From Sulfurovaceae bacterium (GTDB taxonomy: Bacteria > Campylobacterota > Campylobacteria > Campylobacterales > Sulfurovaceae), in the NCBI GenBank assembly GCA_037383745.1, contig JARROQ010000026.1, positions 1 to 36,286 of the forward strand: a stretch of DNA of 36,286 nt, read 5' to 3'. The notes beneath the pieces were generated by a model. The model was not told where the DNA came from and did no database searches. It saw only the letters and a program-made list of their open reading frames with translations. Positions 18,863 to 28,308 of this stretch are shown piece after piece; position 1 is the stretch's first letter; the number at the start of each line of letters is the position of its first letter. Made by a program: the position numbers and the translations under genes.

Positions 18863-19079
18863 TAGCTAAGTGGTCGAAAGCAAATCCTTAAGAGGATTAT
18901 TTCTATAGCCTGAGAGAGCTTATCTCTCATCAAATACAAAGAAGACTGTAATCGCTAGGGCATAGGTCTTGTAATAATGCGAAAAGGTTAAAGTATGCAC
19001 TCACTTAAGATGAGTGATACATTAACTAGACCCCATTGTTCCACCTCGTTCCGCATTATGGTCATACAAAGGAAATGAT

Positions 19080-20198
19080 ATGTTTACAATTGATGTAAAA
19101 GAAAATGAAAAGGTATTGCTTTACAAAGATGAAAAATTTGTAAAAGTATTAGATGTAGGTGTGCACAGAATTTTTAGATGGTTGAGACACTATAGCATAG
19201 AGCGTATTTTTCGCAATGAATATAGTCTTTCTACTAAAAAGAGTGAAACAATGCTAAAAATGTATCCGGATAAAGTAGAAATGTACTTTCAAAAGGTACA
19301 ACTCTCTGAAGATGAGAGGGCGTATGTTTGGGTGGACGGTAACTTTGTAGAGCTTTTAGAAGCAGGTACGGTGAAACTTTACTTTAAAGAGCTTGATATC
19401 AAAGTAGAGAAAATCAATATAAAAGAGCAGATGAAAGTAGATGATAGACATATCAAATATGTTGACAGGCTCTCCAAAGTTGATGGAATCAAAAAAACTA
19501 TTGTAGATAAAAATGCGATAGGATACCTCTTTGTAAATGAAAAATTTACTTATACTCTTGAGGCAGGTAGACACTACTTCTATACAGATTTTTATGATGT
19601 AGATGTTAGAGGAATTGATACTCGTATTAAAGAGCTTGAAATTACAGGGCAAGAGCTACTTTCAAAAGACAAAGTAACTCTAAGATGTAATGTCACATTG
19701 CATTATAAGGTTAAAGATGGGATGAAATATCTCACCAAGGCAGAGGATCCAAAAGAGTATCTTTACAAGCAACTCCAATTTGCCATTAGAGAACATATGG
19801 GAGCGCTAGAGGTTGATGAGATTGTTGCCAAGCAACACAGACTCAATGATGAAGCCTATGAGAGATTCTATATACTTTGTGAACTTATTGGAGTAAAAGT
19901 TGCAGCGGTATATATCAAAGATATTATTTTACCTGGTGAAATGCGCGAAATATTTAATCAAGTAATTGAAGCAACCAAGCGCGCAGAAGCCAATAACATC
20001 CAAAGAAGAGAAGAGACAGCTGCAACAAGATCTCTTTTGAACACAGCGAAGTTGATGAAAGACAACCCTGCGTTAGCAAGGCTTAAAGAGCTTGAATCAC
20101 TCGAGAAGATTACTCAGACTGTAGGTACGCTCAATGTCTATGGTGGGCTTGAAAATGTAATGAACGGGTTGGTGGATCTAAGAGGCACAAGTAAATAA
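19080..20198 (+). CDS. SPFH/Band-7-like protein with three N-terminal ~45-aa repeats
   Basis: C-terminal half resembles the SPFH domain (…IILPGEMREIFNQVIEATKRAEANNIQRREETAATRSLLNTAKLM…ARLKELESLEKI). N-terminal triple repeat E.a.l...G.FV.LLEAG.h.f. Confidence 0.45.
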   Translation: MFTIDVKENEKVLLYKDEKFVKVLDVGVHRIFRWLRHYSIERIFRNEYSLSTKKSETMLKMYPDKVEMYFQKVQLSEDERAYVWVDGNFVELLEAGTVKLYFKELDIKVEKINIKEQMKVDDRHIKYVDRLSKVDGIKKTIVDKNAIGYLFVNEKFTYTLEAGRHYFYTDFYDVDVRGIDTRIKELEITGQELLSKDKVTLRCNVTLHYKVKDGMKYLTKAEDPKEYLYKQLQFAIREHMGALEVDEIVAKQHRLNDEAYERFYILCELIGVKVAAVYIKDIILPGEMREIFNQVIEATKRAEANNIQRREETAATRSLLNTAKLMKDNPALARLKELESLEKITQTVGTLNVYGGLENVMNGLVDLRGTSK

Positions 20199-20246
20199 AA
20201 TAGTTATTGTGCAGGCTAAGCCTCTTCCTGGCCCGTGTAACATCTT

Positions 20247-20263
20247 GCCTGAAAAGTTCAGGC
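20247..20263. terminator. Perfect 7-bp hairpin GCCTGAA-aag-TTCAGGC in a GC-rich spacer between convergent genes
   Basis: Located between the SPFH gene (+) and the patB-like gene (-). Unusually GC-rich for this genome. Confidence 0.3.
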
Positions 20264-20309
20264 AATCCCTCCCTAGCCAGCTTCAATAAAAAATCAATCA
20301 CAATATTTT

Positions 20310-21404
20310 TTATTTTTTTGCAGCATCTATCTTCGTATCAAAAGTGTAGTTTGCAACCTGCTTTTTAAACATCTTAATATTTTCATTGATATTTTCATCA
20401 GAAACTATATATCTGCCTTGGCCCATTTCCTCAAGCATCCAACTACTTATCTTTTGATGATAATGCGCAGTATCTTTGTAGTTATGTAGATTTGAGGTGA
20501 TATGGTCTGCTATCTGAAAATCATAAAGCGTTACATTTGGAAGTACTGAGAGTTGCTTAAGAAGATATTTTTTAAAATCAGTTACATCATCAAGGATTTT
20601 ATTTTCTTCGAGTACTTTAAAATGCAGTAGAGAGTAGGGAGGAAAAAATATCTTAAAATGTATATGTGGATTGTTTCTTATGGTATCTAAAAAATTCTCA
20701 TCAAAACTTTTCTTCAAACATGCAAATGAATATTGTTTTTTATCTCTGTTGGAGTATTCCTCCTCTTCCATCTTGTAAATTCTTAAAACACGGTTAATTA
20801 TAAATTGTTTTTTACGCTTGTGTTGCCATTGGTACATATAGTTGCGCTTAAACCATGGATCATCTTTTGGTTTTATAATAGGGTAAAAGAGTGCCTCAAG
20901 AGAGTGCATGAAGGTGTCTGCGGAGTAGAGGTATTTATAGTCATTAAATATTTCTTTGTCGTAGAGATACATAGGGAATGACCCTTTTCCTCTTTTTTCT
21001 CTTTCGGGTGATCCCGAAAAAGAGAGGATATCAACCCCCCACAATACACGCTCTAGATTTTTATTATTTTCGATAGCTGTTTGCAGGATAATACTTTGTT
21101 CTTTCGCACTCCCTCCATTTATGCAGAGTTTGATAGTTTGATTGAAATCCAAATTGCTCTCTACCTCGGAAATGATAAAGTTTGCTGTATGAGAAGTGCC
21201 AAGTACTATCGAGTTGTAGTTATAATTTTTAGCTAAACCTGCATTGAGGTATCTCGCCATTATTGGTTCAAAATATATCGGATAAAAACTACTAATCCTA
21301 TATTGCTGCATTGGATCCACGCAGTAGTTAAATCCTATCAATGATGCTGAAGCGATAAAAAAAGAGATAAATACTGCCTTGATCCAATCTTGGTATGTCA
21401 TCAT
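20310..21404 (-). CDS. MBOAT-partner periplasmic O-acyltransferase (DltD/AlgJ/PatB-like)
   Basis: N-terminal TM anchor, 364 aa, immediately downstream of and co-oriented with the MBOAT gene. Family assignment by context plus weak similarity. Confidence 0.45.
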   Translation of the reverse strand: MMTYQDWIKAVFISFFIASASLIGFNYCVDPMQQYRISSFYPIYFEPIMARYLNAGLAKNYNYNSIVLGTSHTANFIISEVESNLDFNQTIKLCINGGSAKEQSIILQTAIENNKNLERVLWGVDILSFSGSPEREKRGKGSFPMYLYDKEIFNDYKYLYSADTFMHSLEALFYPIIKPKDDPWFKRNYMYQWQHKRKKQFIINRVLRIYKMEEEEYSNRDKKQYSFACLKKSFDENFLDTIRNNPHIHFKIFFPPYSLLHFKVLEENKILDDVTDFKKYLLKQLSVLPNVTLYDFQIADHITSNLHNYKDTAHYHQKISSWMLEEMGQGRYIVSDENINENIKMFKKQVANYTFDTKIDAAKK

Positions 21405-21413
21405 CTTTGCTCC

Positions 21414-22646
21414 TTAAAAGATAAAGTAGTAAAATTTTATTTCTCTATGCAGATACGCCATTGAGATTAATAGTAGCAATGCTGTAAAAAAGATGTTGTT
21501 TTTGTTTGGAGTCATATTTGTCTGCTCTAAAAAAACTCTTGTGATATTTAAGAAGTTAAAGGTAATCAGCCATGCTAGTATGATGTTTATCTTGAAGCCA
21601 ATTTTTTTCCATACATCTACTATCACGAGTGCCATACCATGCAGCAATCCCCAGATAACAAATGTCCACCCTGCACCATGCCAGATGCCACTGATAAGAA
21701 ATGTCAACAGGATGTTTACATGCAATGTAATTTTTCTTTTTTTCAAAGGTATGGAGATATAGTCTCTCAAGAAATGCGAAAGCGTGATATGCCAGCGTTG
21801 CCAAAACTCTTGTATGTTTAAGGCCCTATAGGGTGATCTGAAATTAACGGGAAGTTTGATATTAAAAAGTAATGCTATGCCGATTGCCATGTCGGTATAG
21901 CCGCTAAAGTCAAAATAGAGCTGAAATCCAAATGAGAGGCTCGCTACCCAAGCCTCTATAAGATTAAGATCATAAGGACTACCAAAGCCATAATTGGACC
22001 ACTGTGCAAAAGTGTCTGCAACGACTACTTTTTTAAAGAGACCTATAGCAAAGATGAAGATACCTTTGGCGATATTTTCATAATTTAAGCTTTTACTATC
22101 GCGTGAAGCAAATTGTGGCATCATCTGTTTATGGTGGACGATTGGTCCCGCGATAAGTTGCGGGAAAAATGTCACAAAAAGCGCATAGTTTATAAAGTTG
22201 TTTTCTTTAACACGACCCGAATAACTATCGCTCAGATAGGCGATTTGTTGAAATGTGAAAAAAGAGATAGCAAGTGGCAATGCGATATGCATCAATGAGA
22301 AGTTTGTATCAAGCAAGAGATTAGTATTTGTGATAAAAAAATCATAATATTTAAAGTATCCTAACAGTGACACATTGACAACGAGCCCAAAAATCAAAAG
22401 CGGTTTTTTCTTTATAAACGTTTCTGTTGCATTTTTTGCTATCTTAAGACCGACAGTATAATTGAAAAGCATAGAAAAGAGTATGAGTGGCAGATAAATG
22501 ATGTTCCACCAACTATAAAAGAAGAGAGATGAAAAAAGTAAAAATAGCTTACTGAGTGACGAAAACCCTTTATGGTTTAGATAAAAATAAAAGAGAAAAG
22601 CTATGGGTAAAAAGAGAAAAATAAATATATAGGAGTTAAAGAGCAA
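21414..22646 (-). CDS. MBOAT-family membrane O-acyltransferase (AlgI/DltB/PatA-like)
   Basis: Multi-TM protein with the MBOAT hallmark WQRWHITLSHFLRDYISIPL and conserved His in ISGIWHGAGWTF. Confidence 0.85.
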   Translation of the reverse strand: MLFNSYIFIFLFLPIAFLFYFYLNHKGFSSLSKLFLLFSSLFFYSWWNIIYLPLILFSMLFNYTVGLKIAKNATETFIKKKPLLIFGLVVNVSLLGYFKYYDFFITNTNLLLDTNFSLMHIALPLAISFFTFQQIAYLSDSYSGRVKENNFINYALFVTFFPQLIAGPIVHHKQMMPQFASRDSKSLNYENIAKGIFIFAIGLFKKVVVADTFAQWSNYGFGSPYDLNLIEAWVASLSFGFQLYFDFSGYTDMAIGIALLFNIKLPVNFRSPYRALNIQEFWQRWHITLSHFLRDYISIPLKKRKITLHVNILLTFLISGIWHGAGWTFVIWGLLHGMALVIVDVWKKIGFKINIILAWLITFNFLNITRVFLEQTNMTPNKNNIFFTALLLLISMAYLHREIKFYYFIF

Positions 22647-22660
22647 AGCTAACTTCTTTG

Positions 22661-23362
22661 TTAATCTTTTTCATGAAGTAAGACAATTTCAAACTCCAGA
22701 TAATTAAGAGGATAATCACGCATCAACTCTCGCATCTGTCCTACACTCAAGAGATTTCTTCCTCCGCCCACACCGCTTTTTTTCATATATCGAAACATAT
22801 CGCGCACGCTTGCAAATTCAAGCGAGTACCTCAATATCTCATGTTCGGCATTAAAATATCTTTTTGAAAGCGCGATTATCTCATCTATTGAGCGCAGCAA
22901 AGGAGGGATCGATGCCGTTTTGAGCAGAGTTTCAAATGTGCCTGATGTAAAGATAGCCAAAGAGACAGGAGCACCCAAGAGGCTAATTTGCCCAAATATA
23001 TCATCGAGATCATCCCCCCATTGGAGTGCAGAGGATGAGATAACTCTCTCAAATCGATGATTCTCAAATTTTTCTAAAAATCCTTTTTGATTGAAATCCG
23101 CAATATGGAGTTCCATATTTTCATCTTTTGGGTGCATCTTAAGCATCCCTTCGGCAAAATCAACGGCGACAAATCTTTTCGGATGCCAAGCCATAGACTT
23201 ATAAACAGTTCCGCTTCCACATCCGATATCAAGGATGCACTGCGGGTTATCGGTTATCTTCTCTAGCAGCTTTTTAACAACCTTTTTTTGGATGACACTG
23301 TAGCTCTCATATGCATCGGCATTTTTACAAAATTGACTCTGTACATTCATCATCGTAATCAC
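22661..23362 (-). CDS. Class I SAM-dependent methyltransferase, BioC-like
   Basis: ILDIGCGSG SAM motif and SSSALQW near motif III, as in malonyl-ACP O-methyltransferase BioC. The assignment is tentative. Confidence 0.5.
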   Translation of the reverse strand: MITMMNVQSQFCKNADAYESYSVIQKKVVKKLLEKITDNPQCILDIGCGSGTVYKSMAWHPKRFVAVDFAEGMLKMHPKDENMELHIADFNQKGFLEKFENHRFERVISSSALQWGDDLDDIFGQISLLGAPVSLAIFTSGTFETLLKTASIPPLLRSIDEIIALSKRYFNAEHEILRYSLEFASVRDMFRYMKKSGVGGGRNLLSVGQMRELMRDYPLNYLEFEIVLLHEKD

Positions 23363-23472
23363 TTAAGAGAAGTTTATTGAGCGTTATGATAGCATATATT
23401 GATTGTATGTAAATTATTTATATTTTATAATGATGATTTTGTTATTATGAGTTATAATACTATTATTATAAA

Positions 23473-24144
23473 ATGAAGGACAAGACAATGCGTTATTTCT
23501 CTCTCTTTATACTATTGACAAGTATAACGCTTTGCTTATCAGCAGAAGAGTATACGATTCAACTTATCGTTGCCAAAGACCAAAAGTCTATAGATACTGT
23601 AAGGAAGATGGTGGCACCGTGTAATGTCGTTTGGCACTCTTATGTTGACTCCAAAGGTCGCAATGTGCTTACTTGTGGCAGATACGACTCTATGGCGGCT
23701 GCTAAAAAAGACATTGCGTTGACACGCAAAGCAGTACCTGATGCATTTGTATCTACGCTTCGTGTGTCTAAAAAGCCGATTGTAAAAAAAGAGCAAAAGA
23801 ATCTAAAGGTGCAAACTATCAAAAAGACACAAGTTGCACAAAAGATAGAAAAAGTATCTCCTGCGCCAAAGCCAAAGGTTAAAGAAGTAAAAAAAGTGCA
23901 AGAAACTCCTAGCAAAAAAGAAGCACCTGTCGTTGTGGAGAAATCTAAAGTCCAAAAGAGTGAAGAGGTAAAAATTGTACCAAAAGCTCAAGAGATAAAA
24001 ACGGCTGCACCAAAAACCGAAGAGGCAGAAGATGCTTCAACCATGCAGCCTGAGATGGAAGAAGCGCCATTGCGTCTTATTAACATTACATCTGAAGCAC
24101 CTATTGCAGGGCAATCTCAAGAAGAGGTGGTTGAGACAAAATAA
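23473..24144 (+). CDS. Secreted SPOR-domain protein with K/P/E/V-rich low-complexity tail
   Basis: Signal peptide. EYTIQLIVAKDQKSIDTVRKM...CGRYDSMAAAKKDIALTRKAVPDAFV resembles a SPOR domain. Tail of KVxxxK/PAPKPK repeats. Confidence 0.5.
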   Translation: MKDKTMRYFSLFILLTSITLCLSAEEYTIQLIVAKDQKSIDTVRKMVAPCNVVWHSYVDSKGRNVLTCGRYDSMAAAKKDIALTRKAVPDAFVSTLRVSKKPIVKKEQKNLKVQTIKKTQVAQKIEKVSPAPKPKVKEVKKVQETPSKKEAPVVVEKSKVQKSEEVKIVPKAQEIKTAAPKTEEAEDASTMQPEMEEAPLRLINITSEAPIAGQSQEEVVETK

Positions 24145-24209
24145 AAGTGTATAACTTTTATTTTTCTAACATAAGCTATCAATAGATATATTAAAAAAGA
24201 AGGAACCCG

Positions 24210-24794
24210 ATGCGCTTTTTTACTGTTTTTGTCATATGCTGTATAAGTATTATGAAGGTGTTTGCAGGTGAGTATACTATCCAACTTCTTGCAGCTACAC
24301 AACAAGAAACCATAGATGATATGTACAAAAGCGCAAGCGCCTATGATATCACTCTAAAGTCACATATATCATCTAAAGGTTATAAGATACTGACCTATGG
24401 TGATTATGTTTCGCCTGCCAATGCGGCGCGTGATTTGCGCATGATCCGAAAGATTGCATCCGATGCCTTTATATCTACAATTGAAAACTCACAAGATGAA
24501 GCGTCTCTATCGTCTGTTTTGCCAAAGAGTGAGCAACCCAAAGAGCAAACCCAAGATGAGGTAAATGAAACTTCAACTCGTTTTGTCAATATCACAGATG
24601 ATGTTGTGAGATTACTCAAGACAGATACTACATCACAAGAGAAGACAAGTATACCGCCAATCTTTCTACTTACCTCTAAGTTATGCACACTAGATTATGA
24701 TTGTAATGTTACGATTGACACGAAAAAGCCTGTAGAAGCACCTCATATTGCCGGTTGTGCCAAAGTAATCATCAATTATGATTGCAAACAATGA
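24210..24794 (+). CDS. Secreted SPOR-domain protein (paralog of upstream gene) with Cys-rich C-terminus
   Basis: EYTIQLLAATQQETIDDMYK...YGDYVSPANAARDLRMIRKIASDAFI parallels the upstream gene. C-terminal CTLDYDCN...GCAKVIINYDCKQ. Confidence 0.45.
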   Translation: MRFFTVFVICCISIMKVFAGEYTIQLLAATQQETIDDMYKSASAYDITLKSHISSKGYKILTYGDYVSPANAARDLRMIRKIASDAFISTIENSQDEASLSSVLPKSEQPKEQTQDEVNETSTRFVNITDDVVRLLKTDTTSQEKTSIPPIFLLTSKLCTLDYDCNVTIDTKKPVEAPHIAGCAKVIINYDCKQ

Positions 24795-24816
24795 GATAAG
24801 TTTACAAAGGTTGACA

Positions 24817-25419
24817 ATGAAGATCATACGATCACTGGTACTTGCTACGAGCTTATTGGTGGCTCTAAGCAGTACTACATCTTGCGAACCAAATGTGCAA
24901 AAAGATGAGGTTGAGAGTGTGATAGCAGATATCCTTCACCTTGCATCTCAACATGACATCAAGGCAATCAATGCGAAATATATCAATAAAGAGTTTGGCA
25001 TCTTTGATATCTATAGGATAGGGGTGCCCGATGAGTTTGAGATACTCGATGCTTTACCGCTTAAGGGTGAAGATTGGCCACATATGCCGTATGGGGCTAT
25101 CGTTAATGTTGAGGATAACCGGAAAAAGATGCGTAAGGAATATGTCGAATTTGATTGCGGAGAGTTCGTCTATGACAAAGAAGGTATATTTTATTCAAGA
25201 GAACTTCGCTACCCGCTTCCTTCATCTATCGTGGCATTTCATGCCAAGTATGATGCGCAAACTTACGATGATGCACTTTTAAAAAAGATCGAATTTCTAG
25301 AGAGCAACAGTATCCGCGTTGTCGATACAAGTTCGGATTTTATCTTTTATATCGCTAAAATCGAAGGCAAATGGTATATCACGCTTATCGATCGAGTGAC
25401 AACCGATTGCAGCGCGTAG
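24817..25419 (+). CDS. Hypothetical secreted protein/lipoprotein
   Basis: MKIIRSLVLATSLLVALSSTTSC leader, RBS AAAGG, no recognised domain. Confidence 0.4.
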   Translation: MKIIRSLVLATSLLVALSSTTSCEPNVQKDEVESVIADILHLASQHDIKAINAKYINKEFGIFDIYRIGVPDEFEILDALPLKGEDWPHMPYGAIVNVEDNRKKMRKEYVEFDCGEFVYDKEGIFYSRELRYPLPSSIVAFHAKYDAQTYDDALLKKIEFLESNSIRVVDTSSDFIFYIAKIEGKWYITLIDRVTTDCSA

Positions 25420-25420
25420 A

Positions 25421-27469
25421 TTATTTCTTTATTCCTAGATCACCGTTGAGCATCTCATCATGCTCATCCATATCCCATGGTAGGGTTCCCGGAGTTGTGT
25501 GCATAAAGCGGAGGTATCTTTGAAATTGACTGATGATGTCATGGATAACCGTATGTTCTTCAAAACCGTAGAGATCATAATGGAGTCCGCCTCTTCGTAA
25601 AAAAACTTCGGCATTATAGTAGTGTTCTTGTGCTTTATCGGCATCAAGGAGTGCAAATTCGGGCATAGTATACTCTTTGAGACGTACCTCATAGATAAAC
25701 TTGGTGCTTTCATCTTTGTAGATAGTGATGATCGAGCGAATAGATGTTTCATCATACACAACATCACAGTGCCAGCTTGAGTTACTAAGTTCTTTTTTGA
25801 TTTTTTGCATACCATTATAGACATTGTGTTTTATGTAAGCACTTACCTCTTCCTTTTGAGGAAAAGTGATAAGCTCTGCTAGCCTGTTCTTCCATTGCCT
25901 CGCATCATCAATAGTAGGAGCAATGTCTATGTTGATATCTTGCTCTAAGCTTGTATTTCTATGGTTTTCTATCACGAGCGCGCGCCACATTCCAAGTGCG
26001 GCCAAGAGCATGATGAGCGCAAAAGGAAGAGCGCTTGCTATAGATGCACTCTGTAGAGCCTTGAGTCCACCGGCAACCAAAAGGACGGAGGCGACAACCC
26101 CTTCGATGCTCACCCAAAAGACTTTTTGCCAAAGCGGTGTTTTTGCTACACCGCCCGAGGCTAAGGAGTCGATCACAAGAGAAGCCGAATCCGACGAGGT
26201 GACAAAGAAGGTAATGATCAAGATAACCGTCATAAAAGAGATAAAAGAGCTTAGAGGCAGGTGCTCAAAAAGTTTGAAAAGCGCTATGGCTTTATCGGAT
26301 TGTACCTCAGTGATCAAAGAGTTGTATCCATCCATCATCACCATATGCAACGCCGTATCACCAAAGACAGAGAACCATAAAAAGGTAAATAGGGTCGGAA
26401 CAAACATAACGCCAAAGACAAACTCTCTGATGCTTCTGCCTCGACTGATCTTGGCGATGAAAAGTCCCACAAATGGTGCCCATGCGATGGTCCAACCAAA
26501 TATAAAGAGTGTCCAGTGCCCCATCCAATCACTTGCGCTATAGGCTTGCAAGCTAAATGTTCGCTCAACGATATTGCTGAGATAACTCCCGATATTTTCT
26601 AAAAAAGTATTTAAGATAAAGATAGTCGGCCCTACTAAAAAAACAAATGTCATCAAAGCAATAGCGAGGAGCATATTAACAATAGAGAGCCGTTTGATAC
26701 CCTTATCCATCCCCGCTACTACGGAAAAGAGTGCAAGAGCCGTAGTGGATGCGATCAGGAGTATCTGCACAGTCGTGCTTACCGGGATATCTACCCAAAG
26801 ATAGTGAAGTCCTGCATTGATCTGCGCAACAGAGAGCCCCAAAGTCGTAGCAACCCCGAAAAGGGTACCCAAGATAGCAAAGATATCAACGATATGTCCC
26901 GGCCAGCCGTATATCCTATCGCCAATGAAAGGATAGAGTGTAGAGCGCATAGAAAGCGGTAATCCATGTCTAAATGCAAAGTAAGCAAGACTTAATCCCG
27001 CTAATCCATATATCCCCCAGATGTGAAAACCCCAATGAAAGAAAGATATCTGCATCGCTTGTTTGGCTGCCTCTATAGTTTGTGGATCACCAACGGGTGG
27101 AGCGGCATAGTGCATGATAGGCTCGGCAACTCCAAAGAAAAGAAGTGCGATGCCGTATCCTGCGGAGAAGAGCATAGCAAACCACGAACTAAAACTATAC
27201 TCAGGCTCAGAATGATCGGGCCCGAGTTTGGTCTTACCCCAAGGTGAGATAGCAATAGCTATGATAAAGATGAGAAAAAGCGCAACAGAAAGCATATAGA
27301 ACCAGCCGAAATCTTCGGTGATGTACTCGAGCATCGAGGCAAATATTTCACCTGCTAGATTTGGATTGGCTATGGTTCCTATCACCAAAAGCCCTATGAC
27401 GATAACGGCAGGGATAAATACCGGCATAAGGACACTTGAGCCTGATTTTCTAAAGTCCTGTAAAGACAT
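25421..27469 (-). CDS. BCCT-family transporter (betaine/choline/carnitine type) with long cytoplasmic C-terminal domain
   Basis: 12-TM core with the BCCT signature WTLFIFGWTIAWAPFVGLFIAKISRGRSIREF. 682 aa. Confidence 0.85.
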   Translation of the reverse strand: MSLQDFRKSGSSVLMPVFIPAVIVIGLLVIGTIANPNLAGEIFASMLEYITEDFGWFYMLSVALFLIFIIAIAISPWGKTKLGPDHSEPEYSFSSWFAMLFSAGYGIALLFFGVAEPIMHYAAPPVGDPQTIEAAKQAMQISFFHWGFHIWGIYGLAGLSLAYFAFRHGLPLSMRSTLYPFIGDRIYGWPGHIVDIFAILGTLFGVATTLGLSVAQINAGLHYLWVDIPVSTTVQILLIASTTALALFSVVAGMDKGIKRLSIVNMLLAIALMTFVFLVGPTIFILNTFLENIGSYLSNIVERTFSLQAYSASDWMGHWTLFIFGWTIAWAPFVGLFIAKISRGRSIREFVFGVMFVPTLFTFLWFSVFGDTALHMVMMDGYNSLITEVQSDKAIALFKLFEHLPLSSFISFMTVILIITFFVTSSDSASLVIDSLASGGVAKTPLWQKVFWVSIEGVVASVLLVAGGLKALQSASIASALPFALIMLLAALGMWRALVIENHRNTSLEQDINIDIAPTIDDARQWKNRLAELITFPQKEEVSAYIKHNVYNGMQKIKKELSNSSWHCDVVYDETSIRSIITIYKDESTKFIYEVRLKEYTMPEFALLDADKAQEHYYNAEVFLRRGGLHYDLYGFEEHTVIHDIISQFQRYLRFMHTTPGTLPWDMDEHDEMLNGDLGIKK

Positions 27470-27582
27470 AAAAACTCCTTGCTTTGGTCATTCATTGTAA
27501 CAAAAGAGTCTTAATCGCGATAATTTAGAGAGTGATAAAGAGCAGTGCCATTGCGACACCTAACGCCTATTTCCCAAATTGA

Positions 27583-28308
27583 TTATGAGTGTTTCTCAAG
27601 TAATCCGATTTTATATCCGAAGCTATTTTTATTTAAGATTATATTTTGTGTTGTTGCTTCCCTGATGCGATGGACAAGGGAGCGTAGTGCTTGATTTGAC
27701 TTTGGGTTGTCCCATAGTTTTTCAATTATGGTATCAGCTTCTAAAGTTATATGCTTGTTTTGGCATAAAAGTTCGATAAGTTGCAGAGCTTTAGAACCTA
27801 ACGCCACCTCTTTATCGTGTAAAAAAAGTCTCTTTATCTGACTATCATAGATATAGCCATCTGCTAGATATATTTTGTTTTCTAGAAAGATTTTTTTATC
27901 GTTTATCGGTTTTTTGTCGATAGCCAATCTTGCATTCGCCAACTTTAATGTTGCCAAAATCTCTTGATCTCTGTAGGGCTTTAGCAGATAAGCAAAAGCT
28001 TCAGATTCTACAGCATAATTTATCATCTCTTTATCTGAATATGCCGTAAGAAATACGATGAGTATTTCAGGATAAGCATAATGAATTCTTGTTGCAGCCT
28101 CTGCCCCGCTCATATGATCTTTTAACATTACATCCATGAAAATAAGATCCGGTTTTTCTCGTTTTGTAACCTCAATAGCCTCAACACCCGAAGCAATCAT
28201 AGCAATCACTTCATGCCCTTCTAGCTCAAGTATCTTTTTCAGATAATTTGCAGGTATTACATCATCTTCAACTATGACTATTCTCATTATTCTCCCTAGT
28301 AAATTCAA
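27583..28308 (-). CDS. Two-component response regulator, OmpR-type winged-helix output
   Basis: REC domain (IVEDD...DLIFMDVML...) plus a C-terminal trans_reg_C-like segment. Alternative start MRIVIV 21 nt downstream. Overlaps the HK gene 3' end. Confidence 0.75.
   Translation of the reverse strand: MNLLGRIMRIVIVEDDVIPANYLKKILELEGHEVIAMIASGVEAIEVTKREKPDLIFMDVMLKDHMSGAEAATRIHYAYPEILIVFLTAYSDKEMINYAVESEAFAYLLKPYRDQEILATLKLANARLAIDKKPINDKKIFLENKIYLADGYIYDSQIKRLFLHDKEVALGSKALQLIELLCQNKHITLEADTIIEKLWDNPKSNQALRSLVHRIREATTQNIILNKNSFGYKIGLLEKHS

Noticed and set aside
18673-18891. 72-aa ORF in the ORF track
   Set aside because: It overlaps tRNA-like nucleotide motifs. It has no RBS, and its composition looks like translated structured RNA.
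18640-18900. tmRNA (ssrA) or full tRNA/tRNA-Sec hypothesis for the tRNA-like region
   Set aside because: No CCA-terminated acceptor stem can be paired, there is no tag-peptide reading frame or resume codon context, and the anticodon loops are non-canonical.
25866-26543. 225-aa plus-strand ORF inside the BCCT transporter gene
   Set aside because: It is antisense to a conserved 12-TM BCCT coding region and has no domain or RBS.
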